NCBI GenBank assembly: GCA_963802945.1
Contig: CAWDKY010000053.1
Location: forward strand, 96,001-160,000
DNA length: 64,000 nucleotides
Source: an uncultured delta proteobacterium
GTDB lineage: Bacteria > Desulfobacterota > RBG-13-43-22
Direction: 5' to 3'
The first letter of the stretch is position 1, and every line of letters begins with the position of its first letter. The notes under the pieces were generated by a model that was given only the letters and a program-made list of their open reading frames with translations, did no database searches and was not told where the DNA came from. A program made the translations under genes and the position numbers. This document shows positions 41,678 through 53,254 of the stretch, one piece after another.

Positions 41678-41790
41678 ATGCACATTTCAAAGGTGAAAGC
41701 TTCAAAAAATATTTTAAAGCTCTCCAGCAAATTCTATCCCGATCAAATAAGCTCCTAAAACTTATAAAATTGGTTATGCCCCTCTATTTT
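41678..41790 (+). repeat. Degenerate start of the island spacer element (probable right island boundary)
   Basis: tgcacatttcaaa...aaacttataaaattggttatg resembles 21132... and 16993 (aaatattaattggttagg). Confidence 0.45.
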
Positions 41791-41903
41791 AAGGGTCTCT
41801 AGCCTTGACCTTTAGATTTTCCTAACTTTATTTCAGTCCAAGACATAAATTTAAAGTCCTATTAGTCGGGCGTGATATTTAAAAAAATCAATCGAAGTAA
41901 CTA

Positions 41904-41932
41904 TTGACCAAATCTAACAAAAAACCTATAAT
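41904..41932 (+). promoter_or_regulatory. sigma70 promoter
   Basis: TTGACC-17 bp-TATAAT upstream of the yjbQ-like gene. Confidence 0.6.
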
Positions 41933-41973
41933 GATGTTAAGGAGTTAATCTTGATTTTTTTAGAAAGGAACAG

Positions 41974-42390
41974 GTGAAGAGTTATCGTAAAGAATTTTGG
42001 ATTCAGGGGCCGACAAGCAGGGCCTTTATCAACATCACTTCCCAGGTGGAAGAATGCCTGAAAGAAAGCGGCATCCAGGAAGGACTGGTCCTGGTTAATG
42101 CCATGCACATCACCGCTTCTGTTTTTATCAACGACGACGAACCGGGACTTCATCAGGATTATGAGCGCTGGCTGGAAAAACTGGCCCCCCACGAACCGGT
42201 TTCGCAATACCACCATACTATAGGGGAAGATAACGCCGATGCCCACTTGAAACGTCAGGTCATGGGTCGGGAAGTGGTGGTTGCTGTGACCAAGGGGAAA
42301 TTGGATCTCGGCCCCTGGGAGCAGATCTTTTTTGGGGAGTTTAATGGAAAAAGGAAAAGAAGGATCTTAATCAAAATTATTGGAGAATAG
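41974..42390 (+). CDS. yjbQ: YjbQ/UPF0047 family protein
   Basis: [31 protein letters not shown]. Confidence 0.9.
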   Translation: MKSYRKEFWIQGPTSRAFINITSQVEECLKESGIQEGLVLVNAMHITASVFINDDEPGLHQDYERWLEKLAPHEPVSQYHHTIGEDNADAHLKRQVMGREVVVAVTKGKLDLGPWEQIFFGEFNGKRKRRILIKIIGE

Positions 42391-42410
42391 AATCAAGGAG
42401 GGAAAACACC

Positions 42411-42740
42411 ATGAGCGATTCTCATTACCCCAAAGACGGGCCAAAAAATTTTCAAAAACTGATGGAACTGAACAAGGACCTCTTTACTTCTTTTTTGACC
42501 TTCAATCAGAAAGTCTTTGAGCAAGGAAAACTGTCTGCTAAAATGAAAGAACTGGTGGCCGTAGCCTGCGCCCACATTACCCGCTGCCCTTACTGCATTG
42601 ACGGCCACACCAAGATGGCCAAACAGATGGGGGCCACTGATGAAGAAATCGCCGAATGTATTTTTGTGGCTGTGGCCATGAACGCTGGGGCCTCTTTTGC
42701 CCATTCCTGTATTTCGATGGAAGCGCTGACGCAAAAATAG
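42411..42740 (+). CDS. Carboxymuconolactone decarboxylase/AhpD family protein
   Basis: KELVAVA......CPYCIDGH......GAT.EEI.E. Confidence 0.9.
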   Translation: MSDSHYPKDGPKNFQKLMELNKDLFTSFLTFNQKVFEQGKLSAKMKELVAVACAHITRCPYCIDGHTKMAKQMGATDEEIAECIFVAVAMNAGASFAHSCISMEALTQK

Positions 42741-42807
42741 CATTCGTCGTTCAGTGTTCGGCGAAATCCGTCTATGCGCCTGGCTAAAAAAGTAAAAGGA
42801 AAGTGCT

Positions 42808-43422
42808 ATGCCCAAACAATGGAAATGCACGGTCTGCGGCTATATCCATGAAGGGAAGACACCGCCTGATGTTTGCCCGGTCTGCGGGGCCATCAAGTAT
42901 CAGTTTATCCTCTATGAAGATCTGCCTAAAGATCTGGAAAAACGACTTAGAGAGGCCTTTGCCGGCGAATCCAAGGCCTATGTCCGAAACACCGCCTTTG
43001 CCCATCAGGCCGAGAAAGAGGGCTATCCCCAGATCGCCCGACTCTTCCGGGCCGTGGCCGAGGCCGAAAAGGTCCATGCCGAGGAATACCTCAAATATCT
43101 GGAAGGGATGGTCGGAAAAACGGAAGACAACCTGAAGGCTGCCTTTGAAAATGAGCTCCGGGCCAAGGCCGAGTTTTACCCGGAATTCATCAAAGAGGCC
43201 TTTGCCTTCAAACGGGAGGATGTAGCCTGGAGCTTTATTCGTTCCCGCGATGTGGAGGAACGACATGCCGTATTATACAAAGACGCACTGACGGCCATGT
43301 TGTCGGACAAAGCCTTCCCCTACTACGTCTGCCCGGTCTGCGGTTATGTTTTTGAAGATAATTTGCCCGACCAGTGTCCGGTCTGCGGGGCCAAAAAAGA
43401 AAAATTCAAAAAGATTGTATAA
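42808..43422 (+). CDS. Rubrerythrin with N- and C-terminal rubredoxin-like domains
   Basis: CTVCGY..CPVCG, AFAGES, EKVHA, EERH, CPVCGY..CPVCG. Confidence 0.92.
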   Translation: MPKQWKCTVCGYIHEGKTPPDVCPVCGAIKYQFILYEDLPKDLEKRLREAFAGESKAYVRNTAFAHQAEKEGYPQIARLFRAVAEAEKVHAEEYLKYLEGMVGKTEDNLKAAFENELRAKAEFYPEFIKEAFAFKREDVAWSFIRSRDVEERHAVLYKDALTAMLSDKAFPYYVCPVCGYVFEDNLPDQCPVCGAKKEKFKKIV

Positions 43423-43534
43423 CCCGTCCAATGGTCAGGGCAGTAATGTCAAAAAATTTGTTTCCAGAAAAGGTCACTAAAGCGCTTCCATTTTTCTTTC
43501 AGTTGAGAGGCAGGGGCTACGGATACCAGTAGGC

Positions 43535-43743
43535 TCAATCAACCGCCAAAATCACATTCGACGCCGTGATAACCGCATAAACCTTCTTGCCTTTTTTGAG
43601 GCCCAGGTTCTCAGCCGATGACTTGGTAATGATGGAAACAATCTCATTGCCGTTCGGTAAGCCGATCAGCTCCTCTGAGTTGACTGCCCAAGAGTCACCT
43701 GCTTTACCTTACCCTTTAACACATTTCGTGCGCTTAATTTCAT
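43535..43743 (-). CDS. Molbindin (Mop/TOBE domain protein), one-base deletion in a G run at ~43688
   Basis: GAGGAG RBS, MKLSARNVLKGKVKQVTLG / AVNSE...IVSIITKSSAENLGLKKGKKVYAVITASNVILAVD*. Not in the ORF track. Confidence 0.85.
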
Positions 43744-43840
43744 CTCCTCACACCGCCCAACCGCCTACCTCAGGCACGGGCAAAAAAACAAGACTATGTT
43801 TTAAAGGAAAACGGTATTTTCATTAAAACACTTAATAATA

Positions 43841-43869
43841 TTGACAAGTATATTATTACAGAATATAAA
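43841..43869 (+). promoter_or_regulatory. sigma70 promoter for the ALDH-ADH cluster
   Basis: TTGACA-17 bp-TATAAA. Confidence 0.55.
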
Positions 43870-44016
43870 ATATAGTTAAAAGAATTCTACCCAAAATCAA
43901 CCTTATAAAATTACATTTTTCATTTGCAGTTGTCGTTTTCCCACTAAAGTAAAAATTATCTGCCATTTTTTGCTATAAAAAAAGATTCATTGAAGAAAAA
44001 TAACGAATAGGAGGTT

Positions 44017-46683
<2,667 letters not shown>

Positions 46684-46764
46684 AAAAGGATTGAAAAAAA
46701 CTGATTTTCAAAAAAAATGTTTAATAAGGATAACAGTTAATAGGATACGGAAAAACTCTTTTTT

Positions 46765-46904
46765 ACAGGTTGCTCAAAGAGGTTTAGATACAAGACGTCC
46801 CGAAATCCCGAGGAATGAGTCGTACACAGAAGTACGCCGCAATGACGAGGGATGAGGGCAATCCCGCCGTTGGCGGGATAGATAAATCTTTTTCGGCAAC
46901 CTGT
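46765..46904. repeat. MITE-like element with terminal inverted repeats
   Basis: ACAGGTTGC...GCAACCTGT ends, internal hairpin ATCCCGCC-gtt-GGCGGGAT. Confidence 0.6.
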
Positions 46905-46920
46905 TAACTAGGAGGGATAA

Positions 46921-47253
46921 TTGGATCCCATCATCGTTCTGGAGCCGGATGCGGATCAGGCCATAAGATTGTTTTTCCGCGAACAAGGATTCCAAAAACC
47001 CTTGCGTATCGATCTCCAATCCAGCGGGTGTTGCGATCCATCCTTAGGCCTGAGGGTGGACGCCATCCGCGAATTCGATCTAGTACAAGAGCTTAATGGA
47101 TTGACTTTCGTCATCAGTCCTGAGACTTTTCATCTTGTGGGTAATATCAGGATATCCTATGAAGACAGCGCCGACAAAAAAGGTTTTATGATCCTTTCAG
47201 AAAAGCCTGTAAGCGAGTGGGACGGATTCGGGGTCAGTGACATTAGACTCTGA
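46921..47253 (+). CDS. HesB/IscA-like small protein
   Basis: AGGAGG RBS, PLRI....SGCCDPSLGL.VD...D......GLTFVI...IRISY...GF. Confidence 0.7.
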   Translation: MDPIIVLEPDADQAIRLFFREQGFQKPLRIDLQSSGCCDPSLGLRVDAIREFDLVQELNGLTFVISPETFHLVGNIRISYEDSADKKGFMILSEKPVSEWDGFGVSDIRL

Positions 47254-47361
47254 CTCGATTTCCTGGGAGCAGAAGAGAAAAACCATCCAAGCGAAATGCA
47301 CTTATCAGCTTCGCACTAAAAAATTCTATTACAGAAGACCAACCAATAGGAGGGGACTATT

Positions 47362-50013
47362 ATGGACCATTATAAACTCTTTATTGATGGGGAGTTTGTG
47401 GATGCGCAGGATGGCAGGAGTTTTGAATCGATCGATCCGGGCACTGAAATGCCAATCGCAACGGTCGCCCAGGCAGGGTTGGCCGATGCCGAAAAGGCTA
47501 TAGCTGCGGCACGCAAATCTTTCGACAGCGGGGTTTGGAGCGGCCTGACGACTGAAGCAAGAGCGGAAAAGATATACCATTTTGCCAATCAGGTTACGTT
47601 ACAGGGTATGCGCCTGATATTTACTGAATCTATGGATTCCGGGCAGCCGATTCGTCTGGCCATGGCAGCCGCTATAACCGGCCCTCCTCTGCTGAACAAC
47701 CTCGCTGCCTATGCTAAAAATAAATTTCCCTGGGAGGAAGAAATTCCTTATTCCGGGAACCCTTTTGCCCCAGGGCGTGATTTTATCCGCCGAGAACCGA
47801 TCGGTGTATGTGTTGGGATTATCCCCTGGAATTTTCCTCTGTACATGGCCTTCTGGAAGATCGCCCACGCCATCGTTATGGGAAACTCGATCGTCTTAAA
47901 ACCCGCTTCGGCCACACCCCTCAGCGTACTTATTTTGGCAGAAGCGGCCAAAGCGGCCGGTATTCCTAAAGGGGTTATCAACATTATTCCCGGACCGGGT
48001 GGAGAATTGGGTAAAATATTATGTACCCATCCCAGCGTGGATAAGATCGCCTTTACCGGCAGTACGGAGGTCGGCAGGGAAATCATGAAAATGGCTTCCG
48101 AAACGGTTAAAAAAGTAACCCTCGAACTGGGCGGCAAGTCGGCCAACATTATCCTTGATGATGCCGATTTGGATTTGGCTGCTAATGGTGCTGTTTTAGC
48201 AACGTTTTTGCATCAAGGGCAGATATGTGAATCCGGAACCAGAATCTTGGTTTCGGCTAAAATCTATGATGAATTCCTTGATAAGCTGAAAAAAAGAACC
48301 GAGGAGCTTAGAGTAGGTTATCAAGTCCTTCCGACATCTCATCTGGGACCGCTGGTAAATAAAGCCCAATTAGCGACCACGGAGAAATATGTCAAGCTGG
48401 GCCTGGAAGAAGGGGCGGAGCTGGTTACCGGTGGGAAGCGTGTCGAGGTTGAAGGCATAAAAGGAGGGTTCTATTACGCTCCGACCCTGTTCTCCAAGGT
48501 GAACAATAAAATGCGCATTGCCCAGGAAGAGATTTTCGGCCCCGTAGCCTGCGTTATAAAAGTTAACAGCGACGAAGAAGCCGTCGAAGTAGCCAATGAC
48601 TCTGTCTATGGTCTTGCGGGGGGTATTTTTTCTACCAACCACACTCGGGCCCAGCGCCTGGTACGATCCATACGCACTGGAACCATGTGGATCAATAACT
48701 ACCACGTCTTTGGCGACTTCTGTCCCTTCGGCGGATATAAACAGTCCGGTTTTGGACGGGAATTTGGTGAAAGCGGTTTAGCCGAATATACACAAATTAA
48801 GAGGGTGCATGTGGCTTATTTCCCGGACAATATCAGAATCGGGCTCCTTTCCGATATCCGGAATCCATCATCGTTTCAATACAATTGCCCGACAAACGTT
48901 ATATCCGGCTATGGAAGTCTCTCGGCCATCTATAAGGAAATTGTCAATCTGGGCGTTAAAAGGGCCCTGGTTTTAACGGATCCCGGTGTGAGAAAAGCCG
49001 GACTCACACAACTGGTCCAGGATGCGCTGGTGGAATTTTGCGTAGGCGTCTTCGATGATATTCCCCAGGATACCGATCTGGATACGGTTGACGCCGCGGT
49101 GGCCATGGCCCGAGAACTCAGGGCGGATTGTATTGTTAGTGTCGGCGGCGGGAGCGTTATTGATACTGGCAAAGCGGTATGTGTGACTTTAAAGAACGGC
49201 GGCCGGGCAATGAACTATATTGCCTTCTCCCGGCTCCAGGAACCACAGACGCCCCACATTGTTATTCCCACCACCTCAGGAACAGGAAGTGAAGTGACCA
49301 GCGTGGCGGTCATAAAAAGCAAGGATGTCGGCCGTAAGGTCTATATAGCTGATGTACGGATCGTGCCCAATACGGCTATCCTTGATCCGAGATTCACCGT
49401 GAGTCTGCCTCCGGGATTAACTGCGACAACGGCTATGGATGCTATGACGCATGCCGTTGAAGCCATGACCAGTATTAGATCCAATCATATTTGTGACGGC
49501 CAGGCTATGCAGGCGATCAGGCTTATTAAGGAAAATCTACCGATCGCTGTTACTAATGGCAAGAATAAAACTGCCCGTCAGAACATGCAGATCGCCGCCA
49601 CTATGGCCGGATGGGCCTTTACCGTCGCCCAGGTAGGTTTGGCCCATGCTATGGCCCATACCTTAGGGGCTTTAAACAATATTCCCCATGGAGCGGCCTG
49701 CGGAATTGTCCTTCCGAAGGTCATGCGGTATAATGCCGAATTTGCTGCCGATAAGCTGGCTATGGTAGCTCAGGCTTTGGGGATCATGACCCCCGATATG
49801 GATAAAAAAACAGCGGCTATGGCCGCCGCCGCCGACATAGAATCCTTGATGAAAAAAGTAGGGCATCCCCTGAGACTTCGGGATATGGGCGTGCTGGAAA
49901 ATCAACTCGATATGTGCGCCTTACACGCTATGGGCGATATGGCCTCGATGTTTAATGCCCGGCCGGTAGGCGGGCCGCAGGAAATTATAGACCTCTATAA
50001 AGAAGCTTATTGA
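47362..50013 (+). CDS. ALDH-FeADH fusion (copy 2)
   Basis: Same motifs as copy 1 (GQICESG, EEIFGPV, GGGSVID, GLAHAMAH), colinear paralog. Confidence 0.92.
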   Translation: MDHYKLFIDGEFVDAQDGRSFESIDPGTEMPIATVAQAGLADAEKAIAAARKSFDSGVWSGLTTEARAEKIYHFANQVTLQGMRLIFTESMDSGQPIRLAMAAAITGPPLLNNLAAYAKNKFPWEEEIPYSGNPFAPGRDFIRREPIGVCVGIIPWNFPLYMAFWKIAHAIVMGNSIVLKPASATPLSVLILAEAAKAAGIPKGVINIIPGPGGELGKILCTHPSVDKIAFTGSTEVGREIMKMASETVKKVTLELGGKSANIILDDADLDLAANGAVLATFLHQGQICESGTRILVSAKIYDEFLDKLKKRTEELRVGYQVLPTSHLGPLVNKAQLATTEKYVKLGLEEGAELVTGGKRVEVEGIKGGFYYAPTLFSKVNNKMRIAQEEIFGPVACVIKVNSDEEAVEVANDSVYGLAGGIFSTNHTRAQRLVRSIRTGTMWINNYHVFGDFCPFGGYKQSGFGREFGESGLAEYTQIKRVHVAYFPDNIRIGLLSDIRNPSSFQYNCPTNVISGYGSLSAIYKEIVNLGVKRALVLTDPGVRKAGLTQLVQDALVEFCVGVFDDIPQDTDLDTVDAAVAMARELRADCIVSVGGGSVIDTGKAVCVTLKNGGRAMNYIAFSRLQEPQTPHIVIPTTSGTGSEVTSVAVIKSKDVGRKVYIADVRIVPNTAILDPRFTVSLPPGLTATTAMDAMTHAVEAMTSIRSNHICDGQAMQAIRLIKENLPIAVTNGKNKTARQNMQIAATMAGWAFTVAQVGLAHAMAHTLGALNNIPHGAACGIVLPKVMRYNAEFAADKLAMVAQALGIMTPDMDKKTAAMAAAADIESLMKKVGHPLRLRDMGVLENQLDMCALHAMGDMASMFNARPVGGPQEIIDLYKEAY

Positions 50014-50034
50014 AAAGATTAATTTTATGGACTT

Positions 50035-50082
50035 GCCAGGAAGTTTTTTCTTGCACCTAAGACTCCAGAAAAACTTCCTGGC
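50035..50082. terminator. Inverted repeat between convergent genes
   Basis: GCCAGGAAGTTTTT...AAAAACTTCCTGGC. Confidence 0.55.
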
Positions 50083-50233
50083 TTCCAAGCTGTTTATTTC
50101 TTTTTTATCTTTTTAACACCTCTTTTATTCCCCTGCTTCTTTTCCCTCAACATTTTCGATATGTCTTTTTGTCTTCTTGAAATCTTCTCTTTAGACATTG
50201 CGTTTTCCCCTTGTCATAAAAATTCTTGTATCT

Positions 50234-52921
50234 TTATTTTAAATCCGCCCAGTTGTTTCCCTGAGAAAGTTGCACTACCAACGGAACCCGGAGGGTGAGG
50301 ACCCCTTCCATGATTTCCCGGACCAGAGTCGAAAGACGAATGGATTCCTTTTCCGGGTATTCAAAGACCAGTTCATCGTGGACCTGGAGGAGCATCCGCG
50401 ATTCCATTTTTTCCCGGGTCAGGGTTTCATGAATACGGATCATGGCTATTTTGATCAGATCGGCGGCCGTGCCTTGAATCGGGGTATTGATGGCTGTTCT
50501 TTCGGCAAACTGCCTGACTGCCCGGTTGGAACTGTTGATATCATCCATATGCCGGCGGCGGTTGAACAGGGTGGTCACCATTTGCGTCCGACGTGCCTCG
50601 GCCAGAGTGTCTTCAATGTACTGCTTTACTTTCCCGTACTTTAAAAAATACTGGTCAATCATAACCCGAGCCTCCCGGTTGTTGATCCCCAGTTCCCTGG
50701 AAAGACCGAAGGCACTCATCCCGTAAAGGATGCCGAAATTGATCACCTTGGCCTGACGCCGCATTTCTGAGGTGACTTCCTGAGGTGTGCATCCGAACAA
50801 TTCGGCCGCAGTACGGCTGTGAATGTCCTGTCCCTCTTGAAAGGCTTCAATCAAAGTTTTGTCTTCACTGTAATGAGCCAGGATGCGAAGCTCGATCTGC
50901 GAATAGTCAGCGGAAAGCATCTTCCAGCCCGCCTCCGGGATAAAGGCCTGACGGATCCGCCGGCCTTCTTCAGTCCGGACAGGAATGTTCTGCAGATTGG
51001 GTTCGCTGCTGCTCAAACGCCCGGTAGCGGTAATAGTTTGATTGAAAGAGGTATGCAGACGCCGTGTTTTGGGCAAGATCAGTTTGGGCAGGGCATCGAT
51101 GTAAGTGGATTTGAGTTTGCTCAAGGAGCGATAGTTCCAAACCTCGGCCGCCAGAGGGTGGTGGAGGGACAGATCCTTGAGGACTTCGGCATCGGTGGAA
51201 AAGCCGGTTCGGCCCTTGGTCTTTTTCCCTTGGGGGAGCTTTAGTTTTTCAAAAAGGATATGGCCCAACTGCTGCGGTGAATTGAGGTTGAACCGCTCTC
51301 CGGCCATTTGATAAATCTGTTCTTCCGCTTGGAACAGACGAACATCCATCTCTTTGGAAAAATCAGCCAAGGCCTGGGCATCCAAGCGGACCCCGTGCAT
51401 CTCCATTTCCGCCAGGACGGGCATCAGAGGCATCTCCATTTGTTGAAAGAGCTCATCCAGCCCTTCTGTTTCAAGTAATGGACGCAGTCTTCCTGCAGCG
51501 GCCAAGGTGGATTCAGCGTCTTCAGCCCCATAGGCGATGGCCTCATCAACAGGAACCTCACAAAAATTCTTGGCCTTGGCCCCAGTTCCGACCACTTCTT
51601 TATAAGTGGTCAAACGACGATTTAAATAATCCAGAGCGATCTGATTCAGGCTGTGGGTCCTACGTGAAGGGTTCAGGAGATAAGAGGCGATCATGGTATC
51701 GAAGGCTTTGCCTTTATAAGCCAGCCCGTACCGTTTGAGAATGATCCATTCATACTTGATGTTCTGACCGATCTTTTCTATACCTGGGTCTTCCAGAACC
51801 CCTTTCAATAATTGCAAAACCTCGGATAAAGGAAGCTGAGTCAGGACGCCCAGATAGGTATGGCCCACCGGGATATAAACCGCCCTGCCCTCCTCATAGG
51901 AGAGTCCGATCCCCACGATTTCGGCCTTCATGGGGTCTTCGGAGGTGGTCTCCAGGTCCAGCGAAACCCGTCCGGCCTTTTTGATTTTTTCAACAAAAGA
52001 GACCAGCTCATTCCAATCCGTAATACCTTTGTAGTCCATTAAAACAGGTTTTTTTGCCGCCTCCCCTCCCCCCAGGTCCTCAATAAATTTTTTGAAACCC
52101 AGTTCCTGAAAAAGTGCTTTCAGACGAGGTGTGTCCTTAGGTTGGATTTTGAGATCTGTTGCCGAAAGATCCAGAGGGACCTTGCTGTCCAAAGTGACCA
52201 GGGTGCGGGAAAGCAGGGCCTGTTCTTTGTATTGAAGCAATTTCTCTTTTAATTTGGGTGGGGTGACGGGGGTGGCTTCGTCCAGAATATTTTCTAATGA
52301 TCCATGGGCCTGAATCAGCTTAACGGCGGTTTTTTCCCCGATACCGGGAACACCGGGGACGTTGTCACTGCTGTCTCCAGCCAGGCCCATGATATCTACT
52401 ATTCTTTCCGGCCTGGTCCCGAATCGTTCCCGAACCGTCTCCAAATCAAAGACCTGATCCTTCAAGGTATCCCACATCCGGATATGGGGAGAGATCATCT
52501 GCATCAAATCCTTGTCTCCGGAGACCATGACCACCTCAAACCCTTTAGCCTCAGCCTCTTTGGCCAGCGTGGCGATGATATCATCGGCCTCTACACCCTG
52601 TTTTTCCAGAATCGGCAGGCCATAACAGCGGCTGACTTCTTTGATGTAAGGGATCTGGACGATAAGGTCATCGGGCATGGACGGCCTATGGGCTTTGTAT
52701 TCGTCATACATTTCATGCCGGAAGGTCGGCCCTTTGGCATCAAAGACCATGGCCAGAAAGTCAGGTTTTTCCTGTTCGATGATCTTTCGAATCATCTGAA
52801 CAAATCCGAAGACGGCCTGGGTGGGCATCCCCTTAGAATTGGAAAGGCGGCCTATGGCAAAAAAGGCCCGATAAATATAGGAGCTGCCGTCGATCAGATA
52901 GAGCTTGGGTCGGTCGGTCAT
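50234..52921 (-). CDS. polA: DNA polymerase I
   Basis: LIDGSS..YRAF, EADD, GDSSDNVPG, DLET, TGRLSSSEPNLQNIP, ADYSQIELR, AK.INFG..YG, LLQVHDEL. Confidence 0.98.
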   Translation of the reverse strand: MTDRPKLYLIDGSSYIYRAFFAIGRLSNSKGMPTQAVFGFVQMIRKIIEQEKPDFLAMVFDAKGPTFRHEMYDEYKAHRPSMPDDLIVQIPYIKEVSRCYGLPILEKQGVEADDIIATLAKEAEAKGFEVVMVSGDKDLMQMISPHIRMWDTLKDQVFDLETVRERFGTRPERIVDIMGLAGDSSDNVPGVPGIGEKTAVKLIQAHGSLENILDEATPVTPPKLKEKLLQYKEQALLSRTLVTLDSKVPLDLSATDLKIQPKDTPRLKALFQELGFKKFIEDLGGGEAAKKPVLMDYKGITDWNELVSFVEKIKKAGRVSLDLETTSEDPMKAEIVGIGLSYEEGRAVYIPVGHTYLGVLTQLPLSEVLQLLKGVLEDPGIEKIGQNIKYEWIILKRYGLAYKGKAFDTMIASYLLNPSRRTHSLNQIALDYLNRRLTTYKEVVGTGAKAKNFCEVPVDEAIAYGAEDAESTLAAAGRLRPLLETEGLDELFQQMEMPLMPVLAEMEMHGVRLDAQALADFSKEMDVRLFQAEEQIYQMAGERFNLNSPQQLGHILFEKLKLPQGKKTKGRTGFSTDAEVLKDLSLHHPLAAEVWNYRSLSKLKSTYIDALPKLILPKTRRLHTSFNQTITATGRLSSSEPNLQNIPVRTEEGRRIRQAFIPEAGWKMLSADYSQIELRILAHYSEDKTLIEAFQEGQDIHSRTAAELFGCTPQEVTSEMRRQAKVINFGILYGMSAFGLSRELGINNREARVMIDQYFLKYGKVKQYIEDTLAEARRTQMVTTLFNRRRHMDDINSSNRAVRQFAERTAINTPIQGTAADLIKIAMIRIHETLTREKMESRMLLQVHDELVFEYPEKESIRLSTLVREIMEGVLTLRVPLVVQLSQGNNWADLK

Positions 52922-53254
52922 GAAAATTTTTCCTTTTGAAAAATTCGGCCGGTTCGGGGTCGTCTTTCCAGGTTATGAAATAATTGTATTTTAGCTTTTT
53001 TGGGTTTATAATGAAAGTGTTAAATCTTTAAAGACAGATGAGCAGTGAAGGGGACAATTTGAGCGTAAGTAAAATGGTCAAACCATGTAAAATAACTGAA
53101 CAGCCCAATGATTTCCTTTTTGGCAATCGAAATCTCATGAGGAACAGATTGATGTCTCAAAACAAATTCGTCAACAATACAACCAATGAAGATATCAGGC
53201 TGAGTTAAGATTTCAAAGAGTTTATAAAATTAAACCAATAGTTAAAAAGGAGGA

